From: an uncultured Chloroflexia bacterium | GTDB lineage: Bacteria; Chloroflexota; Limnocylindria; Limnocylindrales; CSP1-4 | Length of the DNA: 64,000 nt | Direction: 5' to 3' | Assembly: GCA_963749705.1 (NCBI GenBank) | Contig: CAVVNQ010000003.1 | Location: 448,001-512,000, forward strand | Shown: positions 38,979 to 48,791 of the stretch, in pieces | Numbering within the stretch: position 1 is the stretch's first letter | Layout of the letters: the number at the start of each line of letters is the position of its first letter | Made by a program: the position numbers and the translations under genes | Notes under the pieces: model-generated | Databases searched by the model: none | The model's input: the letters and a program-made list of their open reading frames with translations, nothing else | Told to the model about the DNA's origin: nothing

Positions 38979-41276
38979 GTGGCGGGCCGGCGCAGCGGGC
39001 GGCCGAACGGGTCCCCGCGTGACACGCAGAAGGACGACGAGCGCAAGCTCAGGGCCCTGACCCAGGCGCACGCATCGAAGGTGCCCAGCATCGGGGACGC
39101 CGTGGTGACCAAGGACGGCGACCCGTTCTTCATCTGTCCCCGGAACGGCCAGATCCCGCTGAACGGGAACCACGGCTTCGGCCTCTACCACCACGACATG
39201 CGGTACCTGGCCGGGCTGACGTTGAAGGTCCTGGGGGCCGAGCTCGAGTCGCTGGGCACGACGGCCGCGGCGGGGACGACCGCGATCCTCGAGCTCACCA
39301 ACCCGGAGCTCCCCCTGCCGAACGGCCGCACGGTTGGCAAGAACGTCCTCACGGCCCGCTGGACGCGATCCCTCGACGGGGATCGGGCGCTGCTCCATGA
39401 CCGGTTCCAGATCGAGAACCACGGGTCGGACGACGCGACGCTGGAGATCCGCGTCGATATCGCCGCGGGCTTTCGCGACGTCTACGAGATCCGCGGTCTG
39501 GCAGAGCCACCCAACGGCCGGCGCCACCGGCCCACCTGGGACGAGAACCGCCTCGTCGCCGCCTACGACGGGGGCGACGGCGTCCACCGCACGCTCAGCG
39601 CGACCTTCGACCCCGCGCCGTCGTCACGTGACCGCAAGGGGGCCGTGGTGACGCTGGTCGCGCCCGGGCGCGGCGCCGCCACCCTCGAGCTCCGGTTCGA
39701 GATCGAGGAGGCGGTCAAACCCGGGGCGCCGCCCATGGAGCCGACATCGCCGGCCGCAACCCAGGGCAGGGACGCCTCGCCGACGGGTGGCGGCGCGCAC
39801 GAGCATGGGGCCAGCCGACGCCGGACCCGTACGAGCCCCTGGCCCACCTCGATGCGCAGCGACTCCCGGCTGCTCGACGGCGTCATCCACCGGTCCCTGG
39901 CCGACCTCGCCATCCTGCGCTCCGACCTCGACGGACACTGCTACTACGGCGCCGGGCTGCCCTGGTTCTCGACCCTGTTCGGTCGCGACGCGCTCATCGC
40001 CGCGTACCAGACCCTCGCCTGGGAGCCGTCCGTCGCGGCCTCCACGCTGCGCCTCCTTGCCGGCCGCCAGGGGACGGACGTCGACACCTGGCGCGATGAG
40101 CAGCCGGGCAAGATCCTGCACGAGCTCCGGGTGGGCGAGCTGGCGCGGCTGGGCCGGATCCCCCAGACACCCTACTACGGATCGGTCGACGCCACGTCGC
40201 TGTTCCTCATCCTCCTCGGCGAGCACGCGACGTGGACGGGCTCGCTCGACGTGTTCCGCGACCTGCGGGGCAACGTGGATCGGGCGCTCGACTGGCTGGA
40301 TGGCTTCGGCGATGGCGATGAGGACGGACTGATCGAGTACGCCAGCCACCGGGACGGCGGCCTCGCCAACCAGGGCTGGAAGGATTCGGGCGACGCGATC
40401 GTGGATGCCGCCGGCCACATCGCACGACCCCCAATCCGCCTGGCCGAGGTCCAGGGCTATGCCTTCGCGGCCAGGCACGCGATGGCGGACCTGTTCGAGC
40501 GCGACGGGCAGGCCGGCCGGGCGGCAGACCTCCGGGCGCGGGCCGACCAGGTCCGGTCGCGCTTCGAGCGTGCCTTCTGGTCCGAGGACCTGGGCTGCTA
40601 CGTGATGGCGCTCCAGGACCGGCATGCACCCTGTGCCGTCGTGAGCTCGAACGCCGGGCAGGTCCTGTTCTCGGGGATCGCCTCAAAGGCCCGCGCGGCG
40701 AGGGTGGAGCACCGCCTGATGGCCGACGACATGTGGAGCGGGTGGGGCATCCGGACGCTGTCGACGGAGGCCGTCGCCTACAACCCGGTGGCCTATCACC
40801 TGGGCACGGTCTGGCCGCACGACAACAGCCTCATCGCGGCCGGCTTTCGCCGCTACGGCTTCGACGACTCGGCCGAGCAGATCCTGGAGGCCCTGGTCGA
40901 GGCCGCCGGGGCGTTCGACCATCGCCGGCTACCCGAATGCTTCAGCGGGATCGCGCGAAGCCTGTTCGAGATCCCGGTCAAGTATCCGATCGCGTGCCAC
41001 CCGCAGGCGTGGGCCGCAGGGAGCGTCCCGTACCTCCTGGGCGTGACGCTGGGCCTCCGGCCCGATGGCTTCGCTCGCCGCCTGCGGATCGTTCGGCCCC
41101 GCCTGCCCAGCTTCGTCAACCGCCTCGAGCTGCGCGGCCTCCCGGTCGCCGGCGCCCGCGTGGACCTCGCCTTCCGGCGCGAAGGCGACGCCACCGACTT
41201 CACCGTCGAGGGCGTGGAGGGTGATCTCGAGGTCGTGGTCGGCGAGGGGCATCCCGATCCCGGTGATGGCGGTTGA
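38979..41276 (+). CDS. Amylo-alpha-1,6-glucosidase (GDE_N + GDE_C)
   Basis: AGLPWFSTLFGRD, EQPGKILHE, YYGSVDAT, NQGWKDS, YHLGTVWPHDN, RLPE, PQAWAA. Confidence 0.92.
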   Translation: MAGRRSGRPNGSPRDTQKDDERKLRALTQAHASKVPSIGDAVVTKDGDPFFICPRNGQIPLNGNHGFGLYHHDMRYLAGLTLKVLGAELESLGTTAAAGTTAILELTNPELPLPNGRTVGKNVLTARWTRSLDGDRALLHDRFQIENHGSDDATLEIRVDIAAGFRDVYEIRGLAEPPNGRRHRPTWDENRLVAAYDGGDGVHRTLSATFDPAPSSRDRKGAVVTLVAPGRGAATLELRFEIEEAVKPGAPPMEPTSPAATQGRDASPTGGGAHEHGASRRRTRTSPWPTSMRSDSRLLDGVIHRSLADLAILRSDLDGHCYYGAGLPWFSTLFGRDALIAAYQTLAWEPSVAASTLRLLAGRQGTDVDTWRDEQPGKILHELRVGELARLGRIPQTPYYGSVDATSLFLILLGEHATWTGSLDVFRDLRGNVDRALDWLDGFGDGDEDGLIEYASHRDGGLANQGWKDSGDAIVDAAGHIARPPIRLAEVQGYAFAARHAMADLFERDGQAGRAADLRARADQVRSRFERAFWSEDLGCYVMALQDRHAPCAVVSSNAGQVLFSGIASKARAARVEHRLMADDMWSGWGIRTLSTEAVAYNPVAYHLGTVWPHDNSLIAAGFRRYGFDDSAEQILEALVEAAGAFDHRRLPECFSGIARSLFEIPVKYPIACHPQAWAAGSVPYLLGVTLGLRPDGFARRLRIVRPRLPSFVNRLELRGLPVAGARVDLAFRREGDATDFTVEGVEGDLEVVVGEGHPDPGDGG

Positions 41277-41722
41277 GCGGGGGTCGAGCGCGGGGTGGAG
41301 CGCTCGTCATCCTCGCGCTGCTCGGGCTGGCCATCTCGTCGCACCTCGCCGCGTTCCAGCTGGGCGTCATCGACGGCCCCTGGGAGCCGCTGTTCGGGGA
41401 CGGGAGCCGACAGGTGCTGACCTCGAGCCTGTCGCGGGCGCTGCCGGTGCCCGATGCGCTGATGGGAGCGGGCCTCTACCTCGCGGACGCGGTCCTGGGC
41501 ACGTGGCTGTTCGTGCGCCCACGCGCGCGATGGAGGCTCGCGCTTGCGCTCGCCGTGATCACCGCGGCGGGCGCCGTGGTCGGTGCCTTCCTGGTCGCGT
41601 ACCAGGTCCTGGTCGTCGGGGCGTTGTGCACGCTGTGCCTCGCCTCGGCGCTCTGCTCCTGGCTCCTCGCGGCCGGTGCCATCGCCGAGGCCCGGGAGCG
41701 ACGCCGGCGGCTCGATGCGTGA
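41273..41722 (+). CDS. Vitamin K epoxide reductase (VKOR) family protein
   Basis: WEPLFGDGSRQVLTS, PDALMG, active-site CTLC. Confidence 0.85.
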   Translation: MSGGRARGGALVILALLGLAISSHLAAFQLGVIDGPWEPLFGDGSRQVLTSSLSRALPVPDALMGAGLYLADAVLGTWLFVRPRARWRLALALAVITAAGAVVGAFLVAYQVLVVGALCTLCLASALCSWLLAAGAIAEARERRRRLDA

Positions 41723-41825
41723 AGCCACGCCCGGCCGGTGACGCGGTGCCGCGTCGGCCGCGTCCGGCGCCCGCTCGGATCCACCCACCCACCGATCGAC
41801 CCACACGAATGGAGGTACCAGCAAC

Positions 41826-42827
41826 ATGATCGTCGTCATCACCGGAGCGTCCGCCGGGGTCGGACGCGCCACCGTCCGCGCGTTCGCCGCCGACGGCTGG
41901 GACGTTGCGCTCATCGCTCGAGGCCACGCGGGACTGGAGGCGGCAGCCGATGAGGTGCGGGCCCTTGGCCGGCGGGCGCTCGTGCTGCCACTCGACGTCG
42001 CCGACGCGGCGTCCGTGGACGAGGCCGCGGGACGGGTCGAGGACGAGCTCGGCCCGATCGACGCCTGGATCAACATCGCGATGGAATCGGTGTTCGCACC
42101 CGTGGCGGAGACATCCGCCGACGAATACCGCCGGGTGACCGAGGTGAACTACCTCGGGTACGTCCACGGCACGCTCGCCGCAATGCGCCGGATGACGGAG
42201 CGCGACTCGGGCGTCATCGTCCAGGTCGGGTCCGCGCTGGCGTACCGGTCGATCCCGCTCCAGTCCGCGTACTGCGCGACGAAGCACGCCGTCGTGGGCT
42301 TCACCGACTCGCTCCGGTGCGAGCTGATCCACGATCAGAGCAACGTGCGGGTGACGGCGGTCCACCTGCCCGCGGTCAACACGCCGCAGTTCGGCTGGGT
42401 GCGCAGCCGGCTGCCGCGTCGCGCCCAGCCGGTGCCGCCGATCTTCGCGCCCGAGGTCGCGGCGAAGGCCATCCTCGCGGCGGTGCACGATCCGCGGCGC
42501 GAGCTGTTCGTCGGCTGGCCGACGCTGCTCTCCGTCTGGGCCCAGAAGGTGGTGCCGGGCCTGCTGGACCGGTACCTCGGGAAGACGGGCTACGAATCGC
42601 AGCAGACGGAGCAGTCGCGGCCGGACCGCGCCGACAACCTGGATGCGCCGCTCGACGACGCGACCGATCGGGGCGCCCACGGACCGTTCGACGAGCTCGA
42701 GCGGGGCTGGTCGCCGGCGCTCGAGCTGTCGCTCCACCGTCGGCTCGTCGCCGGGCTGATCGCCGTCGTGGCGGCCGCTGCCATCCTCGGCTCGCGCCGG
42801 CGGGAGACGGGTCCGGCCAGGGTCTGA
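41826..42827 (+). CDS. SDR family oxidoreductase
   Basis: TGASAGVG, VGS, YCATK, PAVNTPQF. Confidence 0.93.
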   Translation: MIVVITGASAGVGRATVRAFAADGWDVALIARGHAGLEAAADEVRALGRRALVLPLDVADAASVDEAAGRVEDELGPIDAWINIAMESVFAPVAETSADEYRRVTEVNYLGYVHGTLAAMRRMTERDSGVIVQVGSALAYRSIPLQSAYCATKHAVVGFTDSLRCELIHDQSNVRVTAVHLPAVNTPQFGWVRSRLPRRAQPVPPIFAPEVAAKAILAAVHDPRRELFVGWPTLLSVWAQKVVPGLLDRYLGKTGYESQQTEQSRPDRADNLDAPLDDATDRGAHGPFDELERGWSPALELSLHRRLVAGLIAVVAAAAILGSRRRETGPARV

Positions 42828-42912
42828 TCGTCCAGGGTCACGCCGGCCGGTTCACCGGCGGCGCTCGAGCTTGCCCGCGGCCGACCAGGCCCCGGTCGCG
42901 CCTGCGGCCCGG

Positions 42913-45212
42913 TCATTGCGCCGCCGGTGTCGGCGACGGCGTCGGTGCGGGCGTGGCAGTCGGAGCCGGCGTGGGCGTCGCCGCCGCTGCCGGGGGCGCC
43001 GATGCGGGTGCTGACGGCGCGGGGGTGGGCGTGGCTGCGGCGGACGGTGCCGGCGATGGCGTGGCCGCGGCGGACGGTGCCGGGGTGGGTGTTGCCGCGG
43101 CCGAAGGCGCCGGGGTGGGCGGGGCGCCGGGCGTCGACGAGGCGCCAGGCGGCGGCGCACCGCTCGCCGGGCTGGACGGCCCCGGTGAGGCTGGCGCCGT
43201 CGAGGTGCCGGGCGTCGGCGTCGGGCTGGCGATTGCGGCCGGCAGGTTGTCGCCCACCGCCGGGAGCGGGACCGTCGCGGCCGTGCGATCCGCCTCGGAT
43301 GCGATCGCGGCCACGGTCAGGACCGCCAGCCCGGCCATGGCGAGCATCGCGCTCACCTGCAGCTGCGGCGCGCGCAGCGACCGGCCGACGCCGGCGCCGA
43401 GCTCGAGCCGTGGCCTTGGAGCGCATGGCCGCGGGTGGCCGCGTCGGGTCGCCGATCGCGAACAACGTGGCGGATCCGTAGATCAGGACGCTCCACGCCG
43501 CGAGCACCCCGATGGTGAGCGACAGCAGCGACAACCCCGCGACGACGATCGCCCACACGCCGAGCAGGATGGACATGCCGGCGAGGACGGTCTCCCAGAT
43601 GACGACCCGCAGCTCGTGCGCGATGGCCGAGCCGCGGAACTTCGGCGTCCGCAGGAAGACGCCGTGCTGCTCGATGAGGGCCCGCACGCAGGCGACGGTG
43701 ACCACGAACGACAGGCTCAGGTTGACCCGCATCGCGTCGAATGCCTCGCGCACCGCGACCCCCGTCGCCACGCGGATCCCCCACACGTACCGGGTCAGCC
43801 CGAGGACGATGTAGAACAGCGGCAGGATGATGCCCAGGCCCCACAGGCGCTGGACCACGAACGGGTGCCGGGTCGCGACGCCCAGCGCCGTCGCCATGAC
43901 GAACGCCGTGAACAGCAGCGTCAGGCCGTCGTTGAACCACCACAGCCCGCCCAGCAGGTAGTCGCGCCGCTGGCGCTGGGACAGCCTGGAGCGCGACCAG
44001 GGCGTGAGGCTGCGCCAGTGCTTCTTGAGGATCTGGACGCCCCCGAACGCCCAGCGGAAGCGCTGCTTGCGGAGCGCCTCGTAGGTGAGCGGCATGATCC
44101 CGCGGCCGTACGCCTGCGGCACGAAGATGCCCCGTCCACCGCCGCCCAGGATCCGCAGGCTGGCCTCCGCGTCCTCGGTGATGATCTCCTCGTCCCAGCC
44201 ACCGATCGCATCGAGGTCCAGGCGGCGGATGAGCCCCATCGTGCCCGCGAAGATGATCGAGTTGCGGTAGGCACGGCTCACCATGCCGACCCGGAAGAAG
44301 TACTCGAACCCCGTGTGGCAGGCACGGTAGAACGCGCTGCCGCCCCAGTCCCGGTAGTCCTGCGGCGTCTGGACGAAGGCAACGGTCGGGTCGGCGAAGT
44401 ACGGGCACCGTGGCCTTGAGATAGGCGGGGTCGACGACATAGTCGGCATCGACGACCCCCACGACCTCCACGTCGTCGGGCAGGTGCGTCCGGCCCCAGT
44501 TGAGGGCGCCCGACTTGAAGCCCGGCCAGTCCTCGAGATGGACGAACTCCACCCGGTAGCCCGCATCGCGGAGGCGGTCGCATTCGGCCGCCAGCGGTTG
44601 CCACAGCTCGGCATCGGTGGTGTTGTTGTCGAGGACCTGGACGACCAGCCGCTCACGCGGGTAGTCGATCCCGACCAGCGACCGGAGCGTCTCGATCACG
44701 AGGTCCGGCGGCTCCTGGTGGGCCGGCACCTGGAGGCACACGACCGGCCACACCGCGGGCGCTGGCGGGACCGCCTGGACCATCAGCGGCCGGCACAGCG
44801 AATCGACCACCTCGAACACGGCCGCCGTCATCAGCGCCAGCGCCGCGAACTCGATCGCGAGCAGCACGAGACCCAGCAGCAGCCCGACCGGCGAGTCGGT
44901 GAGCGCCACGGTGACGCCGACCAGGTACGCCGCGTACACGACCGTGCCGACCACCAGGCTGCCGAAGGCCGCCGCGCCCGCCGCCCACCACTCGCGTGGC
45001 GACGCAACGGCCACCACCAGGGATGCCGCCGTGATCAGCGCAGCCGGCGAGGTCGGCTCCAGCTGTCCTGTCAGCCATGCGGCGATGACACCGGGCACCA
45101 CCACGAGCGGCACCCGCCACACGCGCGCGGAGATCCGCGACCGGCCGGCGGTGAACAGGATGGCCGTGGTGAAGGCCATGAGCAGCGTCGACGGGGCGAG
45201 GCCCTCGATCAT
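42913..45212 (-). CDS. GT2 glycosyltransferase (NdvB/cellulose synthase-like) with TM and Pro/Thr-rich tail; two +1 frameshifts (near 44404 and 43412)
   Basis: HQEPP, DNNT, GFKSGALN, DADY, QTPQDY, ITEDAE, QRFRW; frames join when single bases are removed. Confidence 0.82.
42920..43130 (-). repeat. Imperfect 30-bp repeats encoding PTPAPSAAAT
   Basis: PPTPAPSAAATPTPAPSAAATPSPAPSAAATPTPAPSAP. Confidence 0.8.
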
Positions 45213-45664
45213 CGCGCTGCAGCTCCGAAACGACCGTGGCCGGCCGCCGCGGGAAGATCTCGCGGGTTCGTGTTCAAGGCGTTGCTCCCTGGCGGGTCGC
45301 TGGGGCGCCGGGTTCGGGCGCCCGAAGGTGCTGCTCATCGCTCGGCGACCGGCAGTCCCTCGACCCTAGCGGGCGCCCGGCTGCGGGCCCCTAAACCTCG
45401 GCGGGCAGGACGTGTGGGGAACCTTGCAGCCCCGGCTCCGGGCTGGCGCGGGGGTCCAGCGTGGCTGCAACCGGCCTGCAAGGCGGCGCGGGGCGCTGGG
45501 GGCGGGGCATGACCGTCCTCGCGAGAAGCCGCGGGGCCGCCGGGGCCGTGCTGCCCGGCGCGCCGGCGGCCGCGAGTGCGACGGCGCGGTGCCTCGCCGT
45601 GGAAGTCGCGACGCCGCCGACGCCCGCCGCCGGTCTCGCGACCGCCGGCCATTGAGGTACTCGC

Positions 45665-46072
45665 ATGACCACGAACGAAGACCGCACGATCATCGAGCGT
45701 CACTACGGCGAGCCACCGCCTGCCCCGGATGACGTGCCCATCGAGGCATCGCGCACCGTGGTCACGACCCAGCCGACCGCGGTCGAGATGCTGCGGCGGC
45801 TGGCCATCGTCGGCTTCGGCCTCGTCCAGCTCGTGATCGTCCTGCGGATCGTGCTGCTCCTCATCGACGCCCGCGAGGCCGCGCCGGTGGTGGCGTGGAT
45901 CATCGACATCAGCGGGACGCTGATCGCGCCGTTCGACGGCATCCTGCGCCATGACAGCCTGCGCGCCAGCGGGTCCGTCCTGGACCTGACCGCGGTCGCC
46001 GCGTTCGTCGGCTGGACGATCGCCGAGGCGGTCGTGCTGGCCATCCTTGGCGTGTTCGGCCGCGACGCGTAG
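45665..46072 (+). CDS. YggT-like membrane protein
   Basis: LRIVLLLIDA...LIAPFDGI...DLTAVAAFVGW; RBS GAGGT. Confidence 0.7.
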   Translation: MTTNEDRTIIERHYGEPPPAPDDVPIEASRTVVTTQPTAVEMLRRLAIVGFGLVQLVIVLRIVLLLIDAREAAPVVAWIIDISGTLIAPFDGILRHDSLRASGSVLDLTAVAAFVGWTIAEAVVLAILGVFGRDA

Positions 46073-46227
46073 GTTCAGGACGCGGCCCAGCCGGCATGCG
46101 GGCCGCACATCGGCCCCCCGGCATGCGGGCCGCTCCGCCTCGGGCGAGCACCGTTCGTCCACGATCGGCATCATTGGCGCCACGATGACCCACCCGCTGG
46201 TCGACGTGGCGTGACAGGTCTCCGAGC

Positions 46228-47733
46228 TTGACGACACCCGGCGCGCGGCTGTCGCGGTTCCCGGCAGCGTCCTGGGCCGTCCCGTGGCCGGTGCTGCTGA
46301 TCGCGGGCCTGATGGTTGCCCTCCTGCTGGCCGTTGCGGGTCAGTACGGGTTCCACGGCGACGAGATGTACTTCGTCGTCGCGGGCCGGCACCCGGCGTT
46401 GGGCTACGTCGACCAGCCGCCCCTGACGCCGCTGCTGTCCGCCGCATCGGTGGCCCTGCTGGGGGTCTCGCCGGCCGCGGTTCGCGTGCTGCCGGCGCTC
46501 GAGATGGGAGCCGTCGTCCTGCTGATCGCGCTGATCGCGCGGGACCTGGGCGGCTCGCCGCGGGCCCAGGTGATGGCGGCGATCACGGCGGCCCTGTCCG
46601 GGTATCTCGGTGCCGGGCATCTCGACACGACCACGGAGCCGGACCTGCTCGCGTGGGCGATCGTGCTGTGGCTCCTGGTCAGGCTCCTCGCCGGCGGTGA
46701 TCGCCGGCTGTGGCTTGCGGTCGGCGTGGTGACGGGCATCGGGCTCGAGAACAAGGACACGCTGCTGTTCCTCGGTGCCGGACTCGCAGCCGGGCTCGTC
46801 CTGACCCGACGCTGGGACGTCGTGCGTTCGCCGTGGGCATGGAGCGCGATCGGGATCGCGATCGTGATCTGGGCGCCGAACCTTGCCTGGCAGGCAGCCA
46901 ACGGCTGGCCGCAGCTCACCATGGCCTCGCAGATCTCCGGCTACGCGGAGGACAACCGGGCGCAGGTCGTGCCGCTGCTGTGGCTGTTCACGGGGCCGCT
47001 CCTGTTCCCGGTCAGCGCCGCCGGCCTAGGCTGGCTGCTGCTGGCGCGCGCCGCGGTGCCATGGCGCGCGATCGGGATCGCCGGGATCGTCGCGCTGGCC
47101 CTCGTGTTCGTCGCCGGTGGCAAGGCCTATTACGCGATCGGGACCGCGTCGGTGTGGATGGCCGCCGGCGGGATCGTGCTCGACCGCTGGCTCGACCGCG
47201 GCCACCCGCGCGTGAAGGCGGCCGCCTTCGCCGTCGCCGCCGTCCTGTCCACCTCGCTCATCGTGCTGCTGACGCTGCCGATCCTGCCCCTCGCCACGTA
47301 CGCCACCACGTCGCTCCCGGCGACCGTGCCCGACACCGCCAACCAGGTCGGCTGGCCGCAGTTCGTCGCGACGGTGGAGGGCGTGGTCGCGTCCCTTCCC
47401 GCCGACGAGCGCGCTCGGGCGGTGATCCTGACCAACGACTACAGCGAGGCGAGCCCGCTCATCCTGCTCGGCACCGGGCTGCCGCCCGTGTACTCGGGTC
47501 ACAACAGCTACTGGTCGTGGGGGCCACCGCCCGACGATCGCACGGTCGTGATCCACGTCGGCGGCTGGCGGCCGGCCGACTACGGCCGGTACTTCTCCGG
47601 TTGCCGGGACGTCGCCACCATCGACAACGGGCTCGGGATCCCGAACGGCGAGCAGGGTGAGTCCGTCACCGTGTGCACCGGGCTGCGCCAGCCGTGGTCC
47701 GAGATGTGGCCGGCGCTTCGGACGATCAGCTAG
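46228..47733 (+). CDS. GT39/ArnT-like (PMT family) glycosyltransferase
   Basis: YGFHGDEMYF, GYVDQPPL, GLENK, PNLAWQ..GWP, GKAYY, SGHNSYWSWGPP. Confidence 0.88.
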   Translation: MTTPGARLSRFPAASWAVPWPVLLIAGLMVALLLAVAGQYGFHGDEMYFVVAGRHPALGYVDQPPLTPLLSAASVALLGVSPAAVRVLPALEMGAVVLLIALIARDLGGSPRAQVMAAITAALSGYLGAGHLDTTTEPDLLAWAIVLWLLVRLLAGGDRRLWLAVGVVTGIGLENKDTLLFLGAGLAAGLVLTRRWDVVRSPWAWSAIGIAIVIWAPNLAWQAANGWPQLTMASQISGYAEDNRAQVVPLLWLFTGPLLFPVSAAGLGWLLLARAAVPWRAIGIAGIVALALVFVAGGKAYYAIGTASVWMAAGGIVLDRWLDRGHPRVKAAAFAVAAVLSTSLIVLLTLPILPLATYATTSLPATVPDTANQVGWPQFVATVEGVVASLPADERARAVILTNDYSEASPLILLGTGLPPVYSGHNSYWSWGPPPDDRTVVIHVGGWRPADYGRYFSGCRDVATIDNGLGIPNGEQGESVTVCTGLRQPWSEMWPALRTIS

Positions 47734-47830
47734 CCGCAACCCGGAGCGCGTGTCCTGACGCGCGAGGCGCCGCGGCAGCGCCGACCGGGGAGACCGTCCG
47801 AGCTAAAGCGGGGAGATGTGGGGCCGGCGC

Positions 47831-48334
47831 CTATCCTCCGGATGGCCGTCGCGCGATCAGCTCCGCGGTCCACTCCCGCAGCCGGCCGATGTGCTCGCCG
47901 AAGTGGTCTGCGGCGCATTTCCGGATCCACCAATCCGCCTCGTCACCCGGAAGGTCAAACGCGTGCCACGCCTCGACCATCAGCGAGCGGGCCGCGTTCG
48001 CCTGCAGCCACGCAACCTCCAACGGCTGGCCGTTCATGGCCTCGAGGAGCGCCGCATTGAGCGCGTCGACGTCGACGTCGTGCCCCTCGTAGGTGCCGGC
48101 GCTGATTCGCTCGAACTGGGCATGCGCCTCTGCGAGCCACGTCCCGAGGTGCGCCACGACGTCGCGGGCCGTCCAACCCTCGTCGAGGTAGTACCCGGGC
48201 TCGAGGCACTCGTCCGGCGTCAGCGATCGGACGAGCCCGGCGATCTCGTACCAGCCCATTCGTTCTGCCTCGATCTCGGCGCGGTACGGGTTGCCTGACG
48301 GGGTCGCATCTGGCGTCGGTCCGGGCGTGCTCAA
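47831..48334 (-). CDS. DinB/maleylpyruvate isomerase N-terminal-like protein
   Basis: GWTARDVVAHLGTW and DHFGEH His motifs; VDALNA. Confidence 0.75.
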   Translation of the reverse strand: MSTPGPTPDATPSGNPYRAEIEAERMGWYEIAGLVRSLTPDECLEPGYYLDEGWTARDVVAHLGTWLAEAHAQFERISAGTYEGHDVDVDALNAALLEAMNGQPLEVAWLQANAARSLMVEAWHAFDLPGDEADWWIRKCAADHFGEHIGRLREWTAELIARRPSGG

Positions 48335-48702
48335 GACTTGACGAACTCACCTTCGAGGGGCAGCCCTGCGTCTTCCCAGTCCAGGAGTCCGCCGGCGTAC
48401 CTGCGCACGTTGGAGTAGCCCCGGCGCACGAGATCCCGATACAGCGCGACGCTCGACAGGCAGTCGACATGAGAGCAGTACACGACCACCTCGTCGTTCG
48501 GGGCGATCGCCGCATACAGCTCGCCGGGTGTGTCGAAGTGGAGCGAGCCCGGAATGTGCTTGGCCTCGAAGGCCCAGCGGTTGAGGGCCATGATCAGCCT
48601 CAGGTCGTCGCCCCGGTCGAGCTTCGCCTTCAGCTCCTCGCGGCTGATCGTCCGGATCGGCTCGTCGCCCAATGCGGCGCTGGGTCGGGGCTGGTCCATC
48701 AT
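48331..48702 (-). CDS. Rhodanese-like domain protein
   Basis: HIPGS, VVVYCSHVDC, YAGGLLDWEDAGLPLE. Confidence 0.9.
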   Translation of the reverse strand: MMDQPRPSAALGDEPIRTISREELKAKLDRGDDLRLIMALNRWAFEAKHIPGSLHFDTPGELYAAIAPNDEVVVYCSHVDCLSSVALYRDLVRRGYSNVRRYAGGLLDWEDAGLPLEGEFVKS

Positions 48703-48791
48703 CGGTACCAGCATGAACATCCGGTCAACCCGGCCGTGGCTCCCGGGACCCGGGGCGAGTGACATCGAGGATCCGCCCGGCCGTCATCGGC

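Noticed and set aside
46082-46133. 16-bp direct repeat CCGGCATGCGGGCCGC with hairpin
   Set aside because: Two copies only; most likely a simple terminator or local duplication
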